Below, piece by piece: positions 62,528 through 64,000 of a DNA stretch of 64,000 nt. The stretch covers positions 9,773,888-9,837,887 of the forward strand of contig NC_092676.1 in the NCBI RefSeq assembly GCF_964355755.1, read 5' to 3'. The DNA comes from Antedon mediterranea. Lineage: Eukaryota > Animalia > Echinodermata. A model generated the notes under the pieces. That model saw only the letters and a program-made list of their open reading frames with translations, ran no database searches and was not told the origin of the DNA. Position 1 is the stretch's first letter, and every line of letters begins with the position of its first letter. The translations under genes were made by a program, and so were the position numbers.

Positions 62528-64000
62528 GTAAGTATTGCTTTTTTGTTATATTACTTTCATGGTCACAAGTTCTTTCAAGGTTCACTGGACAACGGCTTTT
62601 TGATCTTCTCCACCAAAGAGTATAAATAACTCCATGAAAGAATGTGATTTCTATTAACAAAGAATCCATCTATTTCATCAAGTATTTCATGTCGTATTTT
62701 CAACGCTAGAGCTACAAACTCCCTCTGAAAACGTTCCAATTGGCATCCAGTCATGTCATGCACTCTTGTAGGCCTACTGCATACACCATGTATGAGCGTA
62801 TATCATATGCAACGTAGGCTTATTATTATATACAGTACATTGCAAATCATTACCGTATTCCTAAAATATACGTAGATTGGATTATATATTGAAATAGTCC
62901 ATCTTCTGTCGTCTCATTTGGCTATCTTTTTCATCAACGTTCTTTCTAACGGACGCATAGATTATACTGACGTCATTAAATAAAAAGTGGCCTAAGCCCC
63001 ATTCCCTACGTTTTTTAGATCTAATTTAAGATCACAAACTATATTTAATGTAAAAATAATACTATATGGTCCTATTGTGATAACTTTTTTCGTCTTTAAA
63101 CGGTTAAAAATGTGAAAAATAAATCGATTCTAATAATTATAGCGGCCCGCTATAAATCCCAAAATGCATTGCGCGCGGATTGATATTTTTGTTTTTCACC
63201 TGTAATTCGCCCACTTTTCGATCGATCGTGAAGCCAAAACAAATGGAAGACTCCTAACTTTTCAGCGAAAATACCGGGTTTTCCCCAATTTGTATCAACG
63301 GAGTCTGGCAAAAATAGAAAGACAATTAATGCAGCAACTATACAACGTCAGGCTAGGTATATAGCTAGCGTACGATGTTCGTACGTTATCGATGTTTACC
63401 AGCTAGGCCTACAAAACTAAGCCTAGCTAGGCTAGGCCTAAGACCGTCCACGAGAGGTCGATCGCCGCGAGCTACTTAGGTAGTGCATTGTTTCTCACTT
63501 TTTATCATAATTTACCATAAAACGTACATTTAAGACAAGGAATGACATGGTTTAATGTTTTTAAAGTGATATATATGTATTATTTTCCAAAAAACGTCCA
63601 AAATTGCAGGGAAGGGGTCTTTAAGGAACAATTTCCTTTCAAGTCTGTTTCGTTGTAACGTATCAAATTTATCGATTGAAATTCTGCCTTTTCTGATTAA
63701 ATGACTACAAACACCAAACATGTCAGGTATTACAAGACATACTGATAGAATAGAAAAATAAATATTATATATTTTTTTAATAATTTAAGTTTGTTGTAAG
63801 CCAGAGACTCCAGTTCAGGTGGCCTCCTCAAAATGTTTGACCCCTGTGGCTGATTAACTTGAATACTGTGGAGAATGTGGTTCAGAATTCAATATCAGGA
63901 TACCATAAAGTTAAACCAAGGACCCGCTAAAAGTCCTTGAATAAAAATAGAAATATGATAAGAAAACAACATGTGCAAGAAATAAAACAGAAGTTTGGCG

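Overview
AT-rich, intron-rich animal genomic DNA (probably a marine invertebrate; the taxon is my inference). Most entries in the ORF track are spurious, and the real genes only appear once exons are spliced by hand. I find three host genes. (1) A minus-strand DRAM/TMEM150 (Frag1/DRAM/Sfk1) family gene, missed entirely by the ORF track, with coding exons 5911-5832, 1035-982 and 843-776; it continues off the left edge. (2) A complete plus-strand DRAM-like gene, 11795-19719 (6 coding exons, 270 aa), head-to-head with the first and carrying a clear minor-spliceosome (U12) intron at 13877-15989. (3) The 5' part of an LGR4/5/6-type (type B) leucine-rich-repeat receptor gene, 34029 to beyond 62527, with a 20-kb first intron. 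The introns hold a young Ty3/Gypsy (Mag-like) LTR element (1296-5259: identical LTRs, 5-bp TSD, tRNA-Ser PBS, RNase H deleted), a 4.1-kb foldback element with ~830-bp near-identical arms and decayed Merlin/ISXO2-like transposase traces (6232-10369) containing a nested Helentron-type element, a Penelope-type minimal hammerhead ribozyme motif (12108-12136), and many MITEs, SINE remnants and L2 remnants. I see no proof of a wholly new system. The best leads are the foldback element, the divergent DRAM pair and the intronic hammerhead.
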